A stretch of 64,000 nt of DNA from Longimicrobiales bacterium (GTDB lineage: Bacteria > Gemmatimonadota > Gemmatimonadetes > Longimicrobiales > Gaopeijiaceae). Where the stretch lies: the NCBI GenBank assembly GCA_965219445.1, contig CBDCNQ010000003.1:320001-384000 (forward strand), read 5' to 3'. Positions within the stretch are counted from its first letter, which is position 1, and each line of letters starts with the position of its first letter. Under the pieces are notes generated by a model, which was given only the letters and a program-made list of their open reading frames with translations, searched no databases and had not been told where the DNA came from. Made by a program: the position numbers and the translations under genes. This document shows, one piece after another, positions 1 through 10,057 of this stretch.

Positions 1-284
1 CGGAGGAGCTCGTTGAGCGTCCACCGATCCTCTACCTCCATCCGGTGTTCGGTGTCGTTGACCGTGACCCGGATCGCCGTCCGCGGAACGGCCGCCAACT
101 CCTGCCCGGAGATCTCCTCGCTCGGGACCTCCACTGCCCCGAGCGTCGGCACACCCACGACCACCAGGGCGGCCCCGGTGCCCTCCAAGAAATCGCGTCG
201 CGTGAGATCACCCCTCTCCCGTGCGATCTCTCGGGAAGCGTCCCCGCTACGGGAGATGTCGTCGTTCTCGCGCTTCCCTTTCAT
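1..284 (-). CDS. (2Fe-2S)-binding small subunit of a xanthine dehydrogenase/aldehyde oxidoreductase family enzyme, Tat signal; 5' part only, runs off the window
   Basis: Not in the ORF track. My translation from ATG at 284: MKGKREND...LTRRDFLEGTGAALVV...IRVTVNDTEHRMEVEDRWTLNELL, which parallels the small subunit at 12084. Confidence 0.75.
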   Translation of the reverse strand, partial: MKGKRENDDISRSGDASREIARERGDLTRRDFLEGTGAALVVVGVPTLGAVEVPSEEISGQELAAVPRTAIRVTVNDTEHRMEVEDRWTLNELL

Positions 285-391
285 AGATACCTGCCCACGT
301 GAAGTGAATAGTCGAACATCACCATGTTCTACGCTCCGCTACGGCCGCTGCCAGACGGCGCCCCCTGCCCTCTCAGGATGTCTCCGCTACC

Positions 392-502
392 TCAGCGGGC
401 CGCGACGTACTTGGCAAACGCCCCGCCGGCCCACCGGAGCGAGTTCGGGCCCTCCGCGGCGAAGACGTTCCCGTCTTGGTCGACCGCCACGCCCTCACCC
501 AC
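392..502 (-). pseudogene. C-terminal remnant of an NHL-repeat/beta-propeller protein
   Basis: Reads GEGVAVDQDGNVFAAEGPNSLRWAGGAFAKYVAAR*; an in-frame stop lies shortly upstream and the rest of the gene is absent. Confidence 0.5.
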
Positions 503-743
503 ATGGTATTCCCCCTCTCGATAAAACCGTTCGGGCGACTCGGCCGTCCGGTCACATCTGCGTCAACATCGGTCATGGCGCCCTTTCGCGCCAGCGGGGG
601 CGGAGCCGTCAAGCCCGGAAGCTACCTGGCCGGCCCCTCCTCCGTTGGCACACTCGTCCGCGCGGCTCATCCATACCCTCGACTTGACCACCTCCCCGCC
701 GGCAGGCACGATGGGTTGCGTGCCTTTCACGGGGAGGTAATCC

Positions 744-2369
744 ATGGCAAAGGGACCGCTCGTCGACCGGCGGAAATTTCTCGCGGGCAGCGCGGGCGCG
801 ATGGGCGCGGCGTTCTTCGGAGGCGGGCCGCTCGATGCCCTGACGAGTCGGATTTCGCCTCCGCAGTCTCAAGTCTGGGATGCCGGTCAGGTGCGACACC
901 TCCTCCCGACGGTCAGCGAGTCGAGGATCCTGCTCAAGGTCTCGTTCGAACGGGCCCTCTCGGCTGCTCCCACACTCCGAGTCGGAGCACGCAGTTTCCC
1001 AGGCCGGATGAATGATACGGGTGGCACGTTTTGGCAGTTCTACGCGACAGACCTCGATGCGGGTGCGACCCACTCCCTCTCACTCGTGGCGGCAAACGGC
1101 TCGTCCCTCTGCGAGCCATGGACGCTGTCGACGTTCCCTGCGGCCGACGCACGCCCACAGCGGTTCCGCCTCCTCTGCTTCACGTGTGCCGGCGGGCCAG
1201 AGGGCGCTTACACCGGGATAGGGGAGCGTCGAGGGAATCTCCCCACCGCAATCCGCAACCGTCTACTGCGTAGGGCGCTGTCGTTCAACCCGGACGCGGC
1301 CGTCGCCAATGGAGATCACATTTATTGGGACCTCCATCGGTGGAGTGGCCAGCTCACGGGGGTGCTCAGCCCCAGGGCGGAGACATCGAACTTCGACTTC
1401 GCCGGGTCCGTCTGGGGCGCGAGCAACGAGGCGGCGCTCATGCTTGCGGCGGGACCTCAGATCGTGCCCGTCTACGGTACGGACTTCCGATCGACGCCAG
1501 TCTTCTTCTTACAGGACGATCACGACCACTGGGAGAATGACGCAGCGGGCGCGTTCCCGATCCCATGGTTTCAGCTCCAACTCGCCCGCGCGACGCAGCA
1601 GCTTTACTACCCGGAGTTTCTACCCGAGGCGAACCGGCCCTTCGGCCTGCCATGGTCATCGTCGAGCGACCGAGGGGACCTCTCCGAGAGCTTCGGCACA
1701 ATCCGCTACGGAAGCCTAGCCGAGGTCCTGCTCTACGACGTTCGCCGCACCATGACACTCGGACCCACCGCGGTCTTCGTGGACCCGAACGTCGAGGAGT
1801 GGCTGTTGGCGCGGACCACCTCTCCCGGTGTGCGCCACGTGGTCCACGCACCTTCGAATCCCTTCGGTTGGAGCGCCGGGAAGTGGGGCGAGTGGTATCC
1901 TGATATCCTCGACCCCGCCGCCGGCGCCCTCACGACGGTCGTCCCGAAGCCTTTTTGGCAGGACGGATGGCTCAGGCAGCACGATCGGCTAGTGGACTCC
2001 ATGTCGGGCATGCGGGCCCGTACCCCACTCGTGGTGAGCGGCGACCTCCACGCGATTGGCGCCGGCACGATGCAGCGCTCGGGCACTCTGGACCTCGGCG
2101 CAAACCCCGTGACGACCGTCCTGAGCGGCCCGGTCGGTACCTCTCCGGGCGGCTTCCCGTCGGTGGTTCGCGGCGTGGGCTCCTCACCCTCCTCGCACCT
2201 CGATCTGGACGAAACCGTGCCACCCATCGAGCAACACGGGTTCACCCTAGTGGATTTCCTGCCCGACCGGATGGTGGTGAGCCTGTTCCGGTGGGATGTG
2301 AACAGCCAGCCACTCGAAGCGATCGACGGCTTGGAGCCGTTCCACACTACCGAGTTGAGCACACCCTGA
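744..2369 (+). CDS. Tat-exported PhoD-like metallophosphoesterase (alkaline phosphatase D family)
   Basis: DRRKFL Tat motif; NGDHIYWD, QDDHDHWEND and SGDLH metal-ligand motifs; GGAGG RBS. Confidence 0.7.
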   Translation: MAKGPLVDRRKFLAGSAGAMGAAFFGGGPLDALTSRISPPQSQVWDAGQVRHLLPTVSESRILLKVSFERALSAAPTLRVGARSFPGRMNDTGGTFWQFYATDLDAGATHSLSLVAANGSSLCEPWTLSTFPAADARPQRFRLLCFTCAGGPEGAYTGIGERRGNLPTAIRNRLLRRALSFNPDAAVANGDHIYWDLHRWSGQLTGVLSPRAETSNFDFAGSVWGASNEAALMLAAGPQIVPVYGTDFRSTPVFFLQDDHDHWENDAAGAFPIPWFQLQLARATQQLYYPEFLPEANRPFGLPWSSSSDRGDLSESFGTIRYGSLAEVLLYDVRRTMTLGPTAVFVDPNVEEWLLARTTSPGVRHVVHAPSNPFGWSAGKWGEWYPDILDPAAGALTTVVPKPFWQDGWLRQHDRLVDSMSGMRARTPLVVSGDLHAIGAGTMQRSGTLDLGANPVTTVLSGPVGTSPGGFPSVVRGVGSSPSSHLDLDETVPPIEQHGFTLVDFLPDRMVVSLFRWDVNSQPLEAIDGLEPFHTTELSTP

Positions 2370-2428
2370 GGGAGCCGTAACCGGCAGGCCACGCTGACAA
2401 CTAGGGCCGCCAGACCCCGCAACACCGC

Positions 2429-3654
2429 CTAGAAGAAACGGCTCAGGCTGAACGTCAGGAAGTCGTCCTGTCGCAGCGTGTGGAGCGGTGCCGTGACGTC
2501 GGTATTGAGGAGCAGGCGCATCTCCAGCGCTCCGATCCAGCGCTCGCCGATGCGACGCTCGGCCTCGATGAACGCGATCGTTTCGCCGTGCTTGAGATCC
2601 ACGATCGGCCCGCCCAGGATAGACGTGCCCTGGATGTCATTGAACGCCCACCGAAATCCCACGAACACGTCGTTGTCGAACGCCGTGTAGGGCGCGTCGT
2701 CCCCACGGCCGTCCAGCATGACCTCGGCCAGCAGGCCCAGGTCGGCCGCCCCGGGCCCCAGGCTGAAGAGCGTGTGCTCCACCCCGAAGACACCCGCGGC
2801 GAAACGGTCTCCGTGCCCGCCGCGTGTCAGGGCCTCGAGCTTCCACAACGTGGCTCCCCGCGTGTATTGGGCGTCCACGCTGAACTGATCGATGATCGTG
2901 TAGAACGGCTGTAGCGCGAAGCCGCCCCCGACCCCAGTGGGCAACAGGTGCGGTTCCCGGCTCGTGCCGTAGAACCCAGCTACACCGAGGTCTATGCTAC
3001 CCAGGCTGTGCGACCAGCGCGCCGCGAAGTCGGGGGGCGCCAGCGGCCAGCGTCGGACTCGTAGGAAGCATCGTCCAGCACCAACGCGGGGCCGCTCAAG
3101 CGGCCCTCGATGTCGGGAAACGTGCGCTCACGGAAGAACGGCATCACAAACAGGTCCAGAGCGCCCCAGTCCCGCTCCAGCGTGAAGTTTACCATCGGCT
3201 GGCCGAGCTTGTCCTCGCCATCGATGTCCTCCACGCCGTCGGTCTGATTCACGATGTCGACCAGGTGTACCGATTCGGTGGTGCCCCAGAACACCTTGCC
3301 GACGCCTGCCATGAGCGTCCATCCGTCGCGCAGCCACAGGGCGCTGGCCTCGCGCAAGTCGAAGTGTGTGCGACTCGCGTCGTGCGCGTCCAGGCGCAGC
3401 ATGGGGGACAAGCGCAGCTCCGGCCCGTCCCCGTCCATCCACCAGATGAACTCTGGCGCAAGCCCGATCGACGGAGAGAAGACCGCGTCGCTCTGCTCAG
3501 CGAACAGCGGGTCGTTGGGGAAGATCCGGGTCTCAACGAAGACCGAGCCCCTGATTTCCTGCCCGGCCACAGCGTCCGCCGCCGGGGGCGCGATGCCCCC
3601 GGCGAATACCGCGATCAGTGCCCACATTCGGGCGCGCGTCCGTGGGGTCTTCAT
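2429..3654 (-). pseudogene. Outer-membrane beta-barrel protein of the MMPL/LolA-like module, split by a frameshift (real or sequencing error)
   Basis: ORFs 2992-3654 and 2429-2944 join across a G6 run at 3032-3037 (…DAGRWRP/DFAARWSHSLGSIDLGVAGFYGTSREP…); signal peptide; ends in F. Confidence 0.7.
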
Positions 3655-3666
3655 GAGTACAGCCCC

Positions 3667-4494
3667 CTACCTCCCGCGGCGAAGGCGCGATGGCGTGAAC
3701 TCGCCGTCGGCGAACCCGTTATCGAACGTCCACTCGCTGAACACCAGGTCGGTGCTCTTGCCGTTCTGGTGGTTCTCCATGGCCATCAGGTTCGGGCGCC
3801 AATACTGGCTGAGGTACTGCTCATAATCGTGGTAGGTGAGCGTCTTCAGCAAGGTGTCCTTGCGATCGTAAAAATCGATGCGCTGCACGCGGTACTCGTC
3901 TTTGTCCCACCACACGATCTGCTTCGTGTAACCCGAGTTCTCGTACAGCGGCAGCCGCTCAACCACATAACACTCCAGATCGCCGCATGCCTCCTCGCCC
4001 ACGAAGCGGTAGTCGTACTTGTCGAGCTCCTGGGAGACGAGGTCCTCATAAGCGAACTCACTGCCCACGAACGGCCCGGACTTGTTGGCCGAGGAGATGC
4101 GCTTCACGCGCTTCAGGGCCGGTAAGAAGAGCCACTGGTCGTCCGGATCCAGAATCTTCGTGTGCGACAGGAGCGACGTGCCGGCCACGTCACGCGGCGC
4201 GTCGAACGTGATCACGCTCTTGTCGCCGGCGCCGGACTCCTCAGTCTCGAGGGCCCGCCTGCGCATCTCGCGCACGCTCTCGTCGCCGTTCCGGTTCCGC
4301 AGCACCATGCGCATGGTGGTGGAATTGTCGCCCCAGCCGTAGTCGCGCTTGTCCGCTTCCTCCGCGATCGCGCGGCCTTGTACGTCTGCGGCAAGCTGAG
4401 CTCGCGCGTCGTCTGCGAACGTGATCATCGCCGCAGCCATCAGAGCGGTCGACATCGCCGTCCGCATCATTTTCGTCTTTATCGTCGCATTCAT
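3667..4494 (-). CDS. Outer-membrane lipoprotein-sorting protein (LolA-like)
   Basis: Signal peptide; DDQWLFLPALKRVKRI and FVGSEFAYEDL motifs; sits beside MMPL gene. Confidence 0.85.
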   Translation of the reverse strand: MNATIKTKMMRTAMSTALMAAAMITFADDARAQLAADVQGRAIAEEADKRDYGWGDNSTTMRMVLRNRNGDESVREMRRRALETEESGAGDKSVITFDAPRDVAGTSLLSHTKILDPDDQWLFLPALKRVKRISSANKSGPFVGSEFAYEDLVSQELDKYDYRFVGEEACGDLECYVVERLPLYENSGYTKQIVWWDKDEYRVQRIDFYDRKDTLLKTLTYHDYEQYLSQYWRPNLMAMENHQNGKSTDLVFSEWTFDNGFADGEFTPSRLRRGR

Positions 4495-4538
4495 CGTTCG
4501 TCATCCTCTCAATTGGGGTTTCGTTGTCATCAGGGAAA

Positions 4539-6902
4539 TCAGTCCGCGCCGGACGCGACGGCCACGAGGGCGGCGTTCGGAAGGGGGTACTTCACTGCAC
4601 GCCGGTCGAACGTGAGCAGGATCGCCGGCAGGAGAAGGAAATCGACCACCAGGGCGCTCACCACGGTGAGCGAGGTTAGCAGGCCCATGTAGGAGGTCAC
4701 GCGGAATGTGCTCAGTCCGAGCATCGCGAAGCCGACGGCCACGATCAGCGTGGTGCCTAGGATGGCGGGCCCGACCATCCGGAAGGCGTACCGCACCGCA
4801 TCAGACGCGTCCGTCGTGAGGCGGGCGTACTGGTACTTGCTGAGGAAGTGCACCGTATCGTCTACGACGATTCCGATGGACAGGCCAGCAACGATCGATA
4901 CCGCGAAGCCGACTTGCCCTACGAGCATCGCCCACACGCCGAAGGCCATCGCCGCCGGAAGCACGTTCGGCACCAGGCTGATCACGCCGAGTCGCACACT
5001 CTTCAGGGCAATCGTCAAGATGCCCGCGATGAGAACGAATCCGAGGCCTGTGCCCAGCAGCATGGAGGCGATGTTGCGCCGCGTGATCTTGGCGAACATC
5101 AACGGAGTGCCCGTAGCCCGCGCCGACCGCATGGTCGCCGTCCCGTTTCGGGCCAGCCACGCTTCGGCTAGCGCCACCTCCTGCTCGACGATCTTCACGT
5201 CCACGTCGCCGTAGGTGACGTCCACCCGGAGCGAGCTCTTGTCCAGGTCGATCTGGTCGTTGACGTCCAGGCCGTAGGGGAGCGACAGCTCGTACAGAAG
5301 CAGGTATTGGGCACCCAGCTCCTGCTCGGTCGGCAGCCCATACGCGGCCGGATCGTCGGCATGCATGTTCATGTTCAGGCGCTTCATGGTTCGCGTGAAA
5401 CTGTTCACGTGCACCACGTTCGGACGGGCGTCGAGCCAGTCCGCGAACTCGTCGACCGTCGCCAGGTACTCGGGATCACTCACCTCCTGCGCGCCACCGG
5501 CTTCGAGTGAAAACGTTGCGCTGTAGAAGCCCGTCAGGTTGTCGATCCCGAAGTCGCTGGCCCTACGGATCTCGAGTTTGGGGGAGAAATACTCGATGAA
5601 ATGGTCGTTCACTTCCAGCGTCGTAACCGCGAAGGACAGACCCACGGTGGCCACGGCCATGCCCGCCAGGACCGTCCGGTGGCGTGCCACCATCATCTCG
5701 CTGAGGCGGTCGAGCCAGGCGTTCACGCGGCTGCCGTTCTCGCGGGGCTGCTTGACCGGCAGAATGGCGACCAGCGCAGGCAGCAGCGTCATCGAGAAGA
5801 TCCAGGCGAAGATCACGCCCACCGCGGTCAGGTTGCCGAGCAGCCGGAACGGCGGCGAGTCGCTGAAGTTCAGTGTCAGGAAACCGACGACTGTGGTGAG
5901 GCTGGTGAGAAAGACTGGCTTGGCGTTGACACGTATCGCCTCGACCAGAGCGTCCAGCTTCGGGTTGCCCGCGCGCATCGACTGGAGCAGCGACACCAGG
6001 ACGTGCACCGAGTCCGCCACCGCGAGCGTCAGGATGATCGTGGGCGCAGACGCGCTGGTCGGATCAAGAAACACCCCCATGTGCCCCGCGATTCCCAACG
6101 TGGCCGCGGTGGAGAATCCGATCACGCCCAGTGTCGCCACCAGCCCGGTGACGGAACGCAGGAAAAGCCCCATCGTGATAGTGAACATCAGGAACATCAG
6201 TGGCATCACGACGGGCAGGTCCCGCATGGGCGCCTCGGCGAAGGCCCAGTTGAGCATGGACAGGCCGCCCACTTGGATCTCCAACTCGGGATGCGCCTCG
6301 CGGTACTCGGCGACCAGGCCACGAGCGTACGCCACGGTCTGGGCCAGCTCGTCGACAGCTTCACCCCGCAGCGAGATGCGCACGTTCACACCGGTGGTGC
6401 GCGCGTCGGGCGCGATGAGCCGTCCCGTCAGCAATGGTTCCGCGAGCGAGACGCGCCTGGCGCGCGCCACTACCTCCGGCGTGATCTCCCCACGCCCCAC
6501 GAGGTCTTCGACGATCAACTCGTCGCCGTCCGCCCAGGTGTGTTGGAAATTGGTGATGGCGTCGACGCGCGTCGAAAACGGGATCTGCCATGCGTCTTCG
6601 GTGAGTGATCGGATCACCTCGAGATTCGCCGCCGTGAACACCTCGCCCTCCCTGGGCTTCACGATGAACAGCACGTTGTCGTTCTTCGTGTAGATGTTCT
6701 CGACCGCCTCGAAGGCGTTCAGATCGGGGTTGTCTTCGCTGAAGAAGACGCGGTAGTCGTTCGCCAGCCCCAGCTTGGACATGCCCGTTCCTAAAGCCAT
6801 CGCCACAAACAAGGTGCTCAGCACGACCCACCACCTGTTCCGGATTACCCAGCGCGTGTAGCGGTCTGCGCGTCCGGGAGAGCCGTTCGTCATCTCACTC
6901 AT
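4539..6902 (-). CDS. MMPL/RND-family transporter
   Basis: 787 aa, two repeats of periplasmic domain plus TM block; LAVADSVH and GIVVDDTVH motifs. Confidence 0.9.
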   Translation of the reverse strand: MSEMTNGSPGRADRYTRWVIRNRWWVVLSTLFVAMALGTGMSKLGLANDYRVFFSEDNPDLNAFEAVENIYTKNDNVLFIVKPREGEVFTAANLEVIRSLTEDAWQIPFSTRVDAITNFQHTWADGDELIVEDLVGRGEITPEVVARARRVSLAEPLLTGRLIAPDARTTGVNVRISLRGEAVDELAQTVAYARGLVAEYREAHPELEIQVGGLSMLNWAFAEAPMRDLPVVMPLMFLMFTITMGLFLRSVTGLVATLGVIGFSTAATLGIAGHMGVFLDPTSASAPTIILTLAVADSVHVLVSLLQSMRAGNPKLDALVEAIRVNAKPVFLTSLTTVVGFLTLNFSDSPPFRLLGNLTAVGVIFAWIFSMTLLPALVAILPVKQPRENGSRVNAWLDRLSEMMVARHRTVLAGMAVATVGLSFAVTTLEVNDHFIEYFSPKLEIRRASDFGIDNLTGFYSATFSLEAGGAQEVSDPEYLATVDEFADWLDARPNVVHVNSFTRTMKRLNMNMHADDPAAYGLPTEQELGAQYLLLYELSLPYGLDVNDQIDLDKSSLRVDVTYGDVDVKIVEQEVALAEAWLARNGTATMRSARATGTPLMFAKITRRNIASMLLGTGLGFVLIAGILTIALKSVRLGVISLVPNVLPAAMAFGVWAMLVGQVGFAVSIVAGLSIGIVVDDTVHFLSKYQYARLTTDASDAVRYAFRMVGPAILGTTLIVAVGFAMLGLSTFRVTSYMGLLTSLTVVSALVVDFLLLPAILLTFDRRAVKYPLPNAALVAVASGAD

Positions 6903-6920
6903 CCTCTCGTCTCCTTAGAA

Positions 6921-6934
6921 ACCGACTAGTCGGT
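6921..6934. promoter_or_regulatory. Probable TetR operator upstream of the MMPL operon
   Basis: Perfect palindrome ACCGACTAGTCGGT; near-copy overlaps the tetR start. Confidence 0.7.
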
Positions 6935-6949
6935 ATGTTACAGGTCCAA

Positions 6950-6976
6950 GAAAACCCCACGACGAACTTCGTGGGG
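6950..6976 (-). terminator. Rho-independent terminator after tetR
   Basis: CCCCACGA/TCGTGGGG stem followed by a T run on the minus strand. Confidence 0.55.
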
Positions 6977-6982
6977 AGCGTT

Positions 6983-7618
6983 CTAGGGTCTAAGCCCTTC
7001 CAAAAGGTCCAGGAACGTCGAAAGTCCTGCCGTAACTGCATCCTGATCGTGCGAGGTCTTCACCGAACCGATGAGACCCTGGTACGTGGCGAACACCAGG
7101 CTCGCCACGGCTGCGGCATCCACGTCCTTGCGGATATTTCCGGCCTCCTGACCGCGTTCGAACGCGGCCCGAATGCCCGCCCTCCAGTCGTCCGCAATAC
7201 GGTCGAGGTGTTTCCTGAAATCCTCATCCGCGCCCGCGAGCTCCTGCGTGAGATTGTTCAGCGGGCATCCGCAGCACATCTCTTCCGGTGTGGCCTCCGC
7301 CATCATGGTCCGCGTCGACTCGGCCAGCGCGGGGATCGGATCGTCGGACTCCTGGAGTGAGCCCAACCATCGCTCCACGACCATCGGCTGTATCGCGTCG
7401 TCGATGACCGCGTGCAGCAGGTCGGCCTTGCTCTTGAAGTGGTGATACAGCGCACCCTTCGTAACGCCCGAGTTGGCCAGAATCCGGTCGAGGCTCGCGC
7501 CCGCATAACCGTGGGCGTGGATCTCGCGGAAAGCGTTCTGCACGAGTAGTGCACGTGTGCCCTCGGGGTCGCGCTTACGCCCCTGTGCGGGCGGTCTCGT
7601 AGTCTCTTGCGTTAACAT
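6983..7618 (-). CDS. TetR/AcrR family transcriptional regulator
   Basis: HTH GVTKGALYHHFKSK; C-terminal GCPLNN typical of LmrA/NemR-like TetRs; start taken at MLTQETT. Confidence 0.9.
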   Translation of the reverse strand: MLTQETTRPPAQGRKRDPEGTRALLVQNAFREIHAHGYAGASLDRILANSGVTKGALYHHFKSKADLLHAVIDDAIQPMVVERWLGSLQESDDPIPALAESTRTMMAEATPEEMCCGCPLNNLTQELAGADEDFRKHLDRIADDWRAGIRAAFERGQEAGNIRKDVDAAAVASLVFATYQGLIGSVKTSHDQDAVTAGLSTFLDLLEGLRP

Positions 7619-7635
7619 ACCGACCAGTCTGTATG
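7616..7635. promoter_or_regulatory. Probable autoregulatory TetR operator
   Basis: Imperfect palindrome CATACCGACCAGTCTGTATG overlapping the start codon. Confidence 0.65.
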
Positions 7636-7771
7636 AAGTGAGGGGCGTTGTCAACCCCCCCATCGATTCTTCGAAGAAAATCCGCGAACGGGCTACGGAA
7701 GCGCCAGGGCGATCAGCTCCGCCACGGCGCCGGGACGGCCGCCAGGGAGGCGTAACCGGTGGCGTCGACCC

Positions 7772-9892
7772 TCAGGGCAGGCTGAGCGTCACCAGCTGGC
7801 CCGGCGCCTGCAGGACGATGCGCTGCCGACCCTCGTGCATATAGGACATCATGCCGTACCTCACTAGGCCCGGAGTCTCCAGACTCCCCAGACGCTCGCC
7901 CGTGGCCTTGTCCACTGCGTAGAGGAAGGGGGTCTCTCCGTCGTCGCCGATCGCCGTGTGGAGAAGCATCGTCGGCGTCACCATCATCGCGGAGTGACCT
8001 ATGTTCCCGGTGGGAGCAATATCCACTCCCTGTAGCGCCGGGTGTTCCTGTATGAACCTCGGCGTGCCCCCGTTGGGAATCCACCACAGATGCTCCCCGG
8101 TATTGAGATCGATCGCGGTGATTCGGCTGTACGGCGGCTTTTCCAATGGGAGGCCCTGAGGGCCCGGCACACCGCTGGGCGTGCCCATGCCGACGGCGAA
8201 GTCCGCAATCGCGGTCCCGGTCGGTCGCTCGATCAGCCGATCCCGCTCGATGCCCGGGACGATGGTCCGCCAGCCGCAGTTCGTCCTCGAGACGGTGTAG
8301 ATGATGCCGGTCTCGGGATCGGCCACGGGCGGGCCGGAGATGTTCGTCCCCCCCAACTCGCCAGGGCACCAGATCGAGCCCCGCAGTCCTTGCGGATTGT
8401 CACTGTGTACGGGCGGGTTGAAGATCGGACCGAGCAGATAATCCGACGCGATCTCCAGCGCCTCCTCCCTCAGCGCGGGCGTGAAGTCGATGAGGTCGTC
8501 CTGAGTGAACCCGTGTAGATCGTATGGCGCTGGCTTCGTGGGGAACGGTTGAGTGGGCGACAGCTGCTCGCCGGGCACCTCGGATTGGGGCACCGGACGC
8601 TCCTCGACGGGCCAGATGGGCTCGCCGGTCTCCCGATTGAATGACCAGAGGATCGCCTGCTTGGTAGCCTGGAACACCCCCGGGATCGTCTCACCATCAA
8701 CCGTCACGTCCATGAGGATCGGGGCTGTCGAGGTGTCGTAGTTCCAGACGTCGTGATGAACCATCTGGAAGTGCCACACCCTCTCGCCCGTTTCAACGTC
8801 GAGAGCGATGAGGCTCGTGCCGAACAAGCCGTCACCGGGTCGGAATCCGCCATAGAAGTCGATGGTGGGCGGATTCGTGGGGATGTAGACCATTCCGCGC
8901 TCCGGGTCTGCTGACATGGGCGCCCACGAAGAAACATCCCCTGTCCACTGCCAGGCGTCGCTCTCCCAGGTCTCGTGGCCCACCTCACCCGGCCGGGGAA
9001 TCACGTGGAACTTCCACTTGTGCGCCCCCGTTCTGGCGTCGTAGCCCATAATGTCGCCCGGCACGTTCTCGACCCGCGTCTGGTTATAACCCTGCTCGGC
9101 CGAGTTGCCCACCACGACCGTCCCGTTCACGACGATCGGCGGTGAAGAGTTCGTGATGTATCCGAGCTCCAGCGGGATCCCGTAGTAGGGGTCGTAGGGC
9201 TCATCCCACTCCAGCCACGGACCCCAGTCGGCCAGCAGGTCGGGCAGGAGATCGACCACGCCGGTTTGCGGAAATCCCTGCAACGGTACCGGAGTCCCCC
9301 AGTTTTCAAGGGGTCTGCCAGTCTCCGCGTCGAGGGCGTGAAGGAAGAAGGCCGGAGTCGTGATATAGACGACGCCCCTACCGTCCACCTCCGCGTACGC
9401 GATCCCCTTCCCCCAAGGCGCGCGCATGGAATACTCCCAACGGAAGGTGTTGGGCTCCCGAAACGTCCATAGCGTCCGTCCCGTCGCGGGGTCGAGCGCC
9501 ACCACGTGCCTCCGTGGCCCTGCTACCGTGAACAGCTTTCCACCCGCGTAAACGGGCGTGGGGCGCGGGGGCGTCGCCCCGAAACTCGCATTGCTCCAGG
9601 TCCACTCCTCCTGGAGATCGCCGAAGTTCGAGGCGTCGATCTGGTTCAGAGGCGTGGATCGGGTGTGCCCGGCGTCTCCACCGATGTAGCGCCACCCCCC
9701 GGCTTCGGTCTCAGGCCGGTCATTGACATGCTGGGTGGCGCCTGGCGACGGTGCGGCGAGCAGGACGCCGAGAGCGACGATCGCCACCAGAAGCACGGGC
9801 CCCCTGCCTTCCAGAAACTTCCGCCGAGTGACTCCGCAGCCTTCCTCATTTTCGCTCCCGGAGACTTCTCCGGCGTTGGGTGTCGCCCTCAT
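7772..9892 (-). CDS. PQQ-binding beta-propeller dehydrogenase (quinoprotein glucose dehydrogenase-like); start uncertain
   Basis: [21 protein letters not shown] and [11 protein letters not shown] motifs; N-terminal hydrophobic signal. Confidence 0.85.
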   Translation of the reverse strand: MRATPNAGEVSGSENEEGCGVTRRKFLEGRGPVLLVAIVALGVLLAAPSPGATQHVNDRPETEAGGWRYIGGDAGHTRSTPLNQIDASNFGDLQEEWTWSNASFGATPPRPTPVYAGGKLFTVAGPRRHVVALDPATGRTLWTFREPNTFRWEYSMRAPWGKGIAYAEVDGRGVVYITTPAFFLHALDAETGRPLENWGTPVPLQGFPQTGVVDLLPDLLADWGPWLEWDEPYDPYYGIPLELGYITNSSPPIVVNGTVVVGNSAEQGYNQTRVENVPGDIMGYDARTGAHKWKFHVIPRPGEVGHETWESDAWQWTGDVSSWAPMSADPERGMVYIPTNPPTIDFYGGFRPGDGLFGTSLIALDVETGERVWHFQMVHHDVWNYDTSTAPILMDVTVDGETIPGVFQATKQAILWSFNRETGEPIWPVEERPVPQSEVPGEQLSPTQPFPTKPAPYDLHGFTQDDLIDFTPALREEALEIASDYLLGPIFNPPVHSDNPQGLRGSIWCPGELGGTNISGPPVADPETGIIYTVSRTNCGWRTIVPGIERDRLIERPTGTAIADFAVGMGTPSGVPGPQGLPLEKPPYSRITAIDLNTGEHLWWIPNGGTPRFIQEHPALQGVDIAPTGNIGHSAMMVTPTMLLHTAIGDDGETPFLYAVDKATGERLGSLETPGLVRYGMMSYMHEGRQRIVLQAPGQLVTLSLP

Positions 9893-10057
9893 GAGAACCT
9901 TCCTGATCAAGTGATCGAACATCACCACGAGCCGGACTCCGCTGGGGCACCGACCTTCTTCGGTAAGTCGCCGTATCCCGACCCGCCTCGGACATCGCCC
10001 CTATGATGTGTACACATGCCTCGGCACGCCAGTGAGGGTGGCACAGCCGCACGACGG

